From assembly GCA_039182715.1 (NCBI GenBank), contig JBCDBY010000002.1, positions 1 to 47,680 of the forward strand: a stretch of DNA of 47,680 nucleotides, read 5' to 3'. This stretch comes from Planctomycetota bacterium. Its GTDB lineage: Bacteria; Planctomycetota; PLA2. Below are positions 44,648-47,680 of this stretch, one piece after another. The position numbers and the translations under genes are program-made. The notes beneath the pieces were generated by a model, which saw only the letters and a list, made by a program, of their open reading frames with translations, was not told where the DNA came from and did no database searches. Every line of letters starts with the position of its first letter. Within the stretch, counting starts at the first letter, position 1.

Positions 44648-45904
44648 GTGGTGGGGCTGCTTTTCTCCTCCGGTGCGTCGGCCAACGACGCGGATTCGGA
44701 GGCCTATCTCGAATTGATGGCGCTCAAGATGAAGGCGCTCATCAAGCAGGCCGAGATCCTGGAAAAACAGGGCAAGCTCGACGCCGCCCGCGCGAAATAC
44801 GCCGAGGCGGTGGCGGTCTTCGACGGCCTCGAGCGCAGGCCGGAGCGCGTGGAGCGCCTGCCTTTCCGGCCGGACGTCCGCAAGTCCATCGAGATGGGCC
44901 TGGCTTGGCTGGTCAAGCACCAGGACGACGACGGCCGCTGGGACGCGGACAACTTCGCCAAGCACGACCCCAACAACGACAAGAGCGACGGCCGGGGCGG
45001 CACGCTCTACGACGTCGGCGTGAGCGGGCTGGCGCTGCTGGCGCTCATGCAGGCGCGCGACCCGCAGGTCCACGAGGCGTCGATCGAGCGAGGACTGACC
45101 TTCCTATTCAACCAACAGGATACGGAGGGGTGCTTCGGCGCCCGCAGCTCGCAGCACTTCATGTACAACACCGCCATCGCCACCGCGGCGATGTGCGAGG
45201 GATTCCGGCGCACCAAGAACCTGCGATGGAAGAAGTCGGCGACGGCCGGCATCACCTTCCTGTTGCAGGCGCGCAACCCGTATCTCGCCTGGCGCTACGA
45301 ACCGCGCGCCGGCGAGAACGACACCTCGATCACCGGCTGGTGCGTCGAGGCGTTGCGCCGCGCTCGCCGCGCGCGGCTTCCCATCGGCGCGGCCGACTTC
45401 GACGCCGCGATCAAGGGTAGCCTCGCCTGGGTCGACAAGATGACCGATCCGAACACGGGTCGCACGGGCTACCAGCGTCGGGGCGGTCCCCCCGCGCGCC
45501 CGGAAGGCAAGCAGAACACCTTCCCCGCCCACCGCAGCGAGTCCCTGACGGCGAGCGGCATCGTGACCAAGCTCACCGCGGGACGCGGCAAGAACGCGCC
45601 CGACATCCAATCGAGCCTGCGCCTGCTGCTCGGCAGGCGGCCGTCCAAGGGCGTCATCGGCGGAATCGACCTCTACTACTGGTACTGGGCCACGCTCGCC
45701 TGCCGGCGCGTCGGCGGATCCGTCGGCCGCACGTGGGACGACAAGGCCCTGGCCACGATCGCCAGCCTGCAGCACAAGAAGGGCTCCGGCTCGCGCACCG
45801 GCAGCTGGGACCCGGTCGGCCCGTGGGCCAACGATGGCGGCCGCGTCTATTCGACCGCGCTCATGGTCATGGCGCTGCAGGAGCCCACGGGGGGCGGCAG
45901 CTAG
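44618..45904 (+). CDS. Secreted prenyltransferase/squalene-oxidase repeat protein
   Basis: GLAWLVKHQDDDGRW, QDTEGCFG, RNPYLAWRY, DTSITGW, DLYYWYWAT, GSWDP..GGRVYST. Confidence 0.82.
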   Translation: MRVPLGTAFLVVGLLFSSGASANDADSEAYLELMALKMKALIKQAEILEKQGKLDAARAKYAEAVAVFDGLERRPERVERLPFRPDVRKSIEMGLAWLVKHQDDDGRWDADNFAKHDPNNDKSDGRGGTLYDVGVSGLALLALMQARDPQVHEASIERGLTFLFNQQDTEGCFGARSSQHFMYNTAIATAAMCEGFRRTKNLRWKKSATAGITFLLQARNPYLAWRYEPRAGENDTSITGWCVEALRRARRARLPIGAADFDAAIKGSLAWVDKMTDPNTGRTGYQRRGGPPARPEGKQNTFPAHRSESLTASGIVTKLTAGRGKNAPDIQSSLRLLLGRRPSKGVIGGIDLYYWYWATLACRRVGGSVGRTWDDKALATIASLQHKKGSGSRTGSWDPVGPWANDGGRVYSTALMVMALQEPTGGGS

Positions 45905-47247
45905 GAGCTTTCGAGACCCAGCCGCGCGGGTCCTCGAAGTTGAATCCACCCCACAAACAGCGCCGCGACGACAAGCAGCCCCGCCGCCAGTCCCCACCAG
46001 ATGCCGGCGAGGCCGTAGCCGAGTTGGATGCCGAGGAGCCATCCCAGCGGGATGCCGAGCGCCCAAAAGCCGAGCAGGTTGAAGACCACGGTCGGTTGCG
46101 TGTGGCCCATGCCGCGCAGCACGCCGGCGCCGACCGCCTGTGCGCCGTCGAAGAACTGGAAGGCCGCCGCGACCGGGAAGACGGCGGCCGCCAGCGCGAT
46201 CGCCTCGGGGTCGCGGGTGAACATCCGCGGCCACAGCTCGCTTCCGAACACGAACGCGAGCGTGGAAAACGCCATGATCGCGCCGCCCAATCCCAGCGCG
46301 ACCCAGGCCGCCAGCTGCGCCTCCGGATAGTCCCGCTTGCCGATCAGGTTGCCGACGCGCGTGGAGGTCGCGACGCTGATCCCCAGAGGAACCATGAAGG
46401 CGAGCGACGCCATGCGCAGCACGATGATGTGTGCCGCGGCGTTGGGGGAGGGGAGCCGGCCGGCGAGCAGCGTCGAGGTCTGAAAGGCCCATACCTCGAG
46501 CCCGAACGCGAGCCCAATCGGGATGCCGATGACCAGCACCTGGGCGAGCCCCTCGAGCTTGAGCGCATCGCGCGACCAGCCGGTCCACCCGCCCCGCAGC
46601 AGCCGCCCGGCGCGGATGGCGATGACGAGCGCGATGAGCGAGAAGACGCGCGTGAGGCCGGTCGCGATCGCGGCGCCCTCGACGCCCATGGCGGGGAAGC
46701 CGAGGCGTCCGAAGATCAGCACCTCGTTGAAGGCGACGTTGGCGAAGTTGGCGGCGATCGCGACGACGAGAGGCGTCTTCATGAGGCCACGGCCGAGCAG
46801 GTACTGCTGCATGGCGACGAAGACCAGTACGGGCGCGATCGAGAAGATCTGCGTGCGCGCGTAGACGTTGGCGAGCGCGCCGTTTGCCTCCGTCTGGCCG
46901 AGCGCGCGCAGGATCGCGCCGGTCTCGTACCAGAAGAGCGAGAGCACCGGCACGAGCAGCAGGGCGATCACGATGCCGCGCTGCAGGGCGAGCCCCATGC
47001 GTCGCCGGTCGCCGGCGCCTTTCGCCTGGCTGACGATTGGATCGATGCCCTGCACGACGCCGAAGGCAAGGATGAGCGAGCCGAAGATGCAGACGTCGGC
47101 GAGTCCGACCGCCTCCATCTCGGCCACGCCGAGGCGCCCGACCATGAGCGTGTCGACGAGCCCCAGCATGAGCGTGGCGAGCCGTGTCAGGACGACGGGC
47201 CACGCGAGTGCGCTGATGGTGAGGAGTTCGCGGCGAACGGGCGTCAT
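45901..47247 (-). CDS. MATE-family efflux transporter
   Basis: VDTLMVGRLG, DPIVSQAKGA, NEVLIFGRLGFPAMGVEGAA, FQFFDGAQ..GVLRGMG. Confidence 0.95.
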   Translation of the reverse strand: MTPVRRELLTISALAWPVVLTRLATLMLGLVDTLMVGRLGVAEMEAVGLADVCIFGSLILAFGVVQGIDPIVSQAKGAGDRRRMGLALQRGIVIALLLVPVLSLFWYETGAILRALGQTEANGALANVYARTQIFSIAPVLVFVAMQQYLLGRGLMKTPLVVAIAANFANVAFNEVLIFGRLGFPAMGVEGAAIATGLTRVFSLIALVIAIRAGRLLRGGWTGWSRDALKLEGLAQVLVIGIPIGLAFGLEVWAFQTSTLLAGRLPSPNAAAHIIVLRMASLAFMVPLGISVATSTRVGNLIGKRDYPEAQLAAWVALGLGGAIMAFSTLAFVFGSELWPRMFTRDPEAIALAAAVFPVAAAFQFFDGAQAVGAGVLRGMGHTQPTVVFNLLGFWALGIPLGWLLGIQLGYGLAGIWWGLAAGLLVVAALFVGWIQLRGPARLGLESS

Positions 47248-47322
47248 GCGGGTCGTCCCGCAATGGGACGCGGATTCGAGTTCCCACTAGTAGCCGGGCG
47301 GCCGGCGATCCGAAAGGAAAGC

Positions 47323-47625
47323 ATGGCCACCACAGTGCGAAAGACCAAGAAGCAGACCAACCACCGTGCGCGGGTGACGCCTTCGAAGAAGGGTGCGCAC
47401 TTCGCGGTGCAGGACGGCCAGCTGGTCGTCAAGCTCTCGAAGGATCAGCACCCCGAGGTGTTCGACACCGATCGCCTGATGAAGTCGATGCGCAAGATCA
47501 TCGAGACCTACGGGCGCAAGCCGAAGTGCCGCGACCTCGTGGAGTTCCTGGAGGAGACCGAGAAGAGCCTCGAGATCCTGCTGCGGAACCACCTCGAAGA
47601 CGCGATGCGCATGTACCTGAAGTAA
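47323..47625 (+). CDS. Hypothetical protein, 100 aa, basic N-terminus
   Basis: RBS AAAGGA, strongly GC-rich third positions, MATTVRKTKKQ.. Confidence 0.75.
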   Translation: MATTVRKTKKQTNHRARVTPSKKGAHFAVQDGQLVVKLSKDQHPEVFDTDRLMKSMRKIIETYGRKPKCRDLVEFLEETEKSLEILLRNHLEDAMRMYLK

Positions 47626-47653
47626 GCCTATTTCGATCGGATTCCACCCTGCC

Positions 47654-47680
47654 GGCGGCGGGCCCTCCGGGGCCGCCGCC
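47654..47680 (+). terminator. GC-rich hairpin after the last gene, at the window edge
   Basis: GGCGGCGG..CCGCCGCC arms. Confidence 0.4.

Noticed and set aside
44618-45904. Squalene-hopene cyclase
   Set aside because: QW-like repeats are present, but there is no DxDD motif, the protein is too short, and it appears secreted.
1-47680. Genome-wide reassignment of UGA to Trp or Gly as the explanation for the in-frame TGAs
   Set aside because: Many conserved genes here end at TGA at their expected C-termini (coxA, parE, cyclophilin, PhzF), and Trp is encoded by TGG.
1-47680. CRISPR array, tRNA (including tRNA-Sec), rRNA, integrase or transposase
   Set aside because: I saw no regularly spaced repeats, cloverleaf or recombinase motifs by eye. 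The Sec machinery, if present, must lie outside this window.

Overview
Very GC-rich bacterial chromosomal window with about 45 densely packed genes, probably Planctomycetota (DUF1549/DUF1553 + DUF1501 + planctomycete cytochrome c module, prenyltransferase-repeat proteins; taxonomy is inferred). I saw no rRNA, tRNA, CRISPR array, prophage or IS. Core content: 3' end of rtcR, RRM protein, delta-9 desaturase, ZIP + Fur, a heme-copper oxidase operon, a PHP-glycosyltransferase fusion, tandem lipoprotein hydrolases with a benzoate-CoA ligase, ychF, type II topoisomerase A and B subunits, cyclophilin and MATE. Three signals stand out, two of them missed by the ORF track. (1) A small gene ending the oxidase operon (23539-23748) has two adjacent in-frame TGA codons followed by SECIS-like hairpins, a candidate Sec-Sec selenoprotein. 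(2) A lipoprotein gene (41744-42589, minus) is split by one in-frame TGA followed by a GGUC-loop hairpin, a candidate selenoprotein of a family I do not recognise. (3) The oxidase subunit I is A1-type with an intact D-channel, but the K-channel Ser/Thr/Lys positions are hydrophobic. All family calls come from motif recognition by eye, not database searches.
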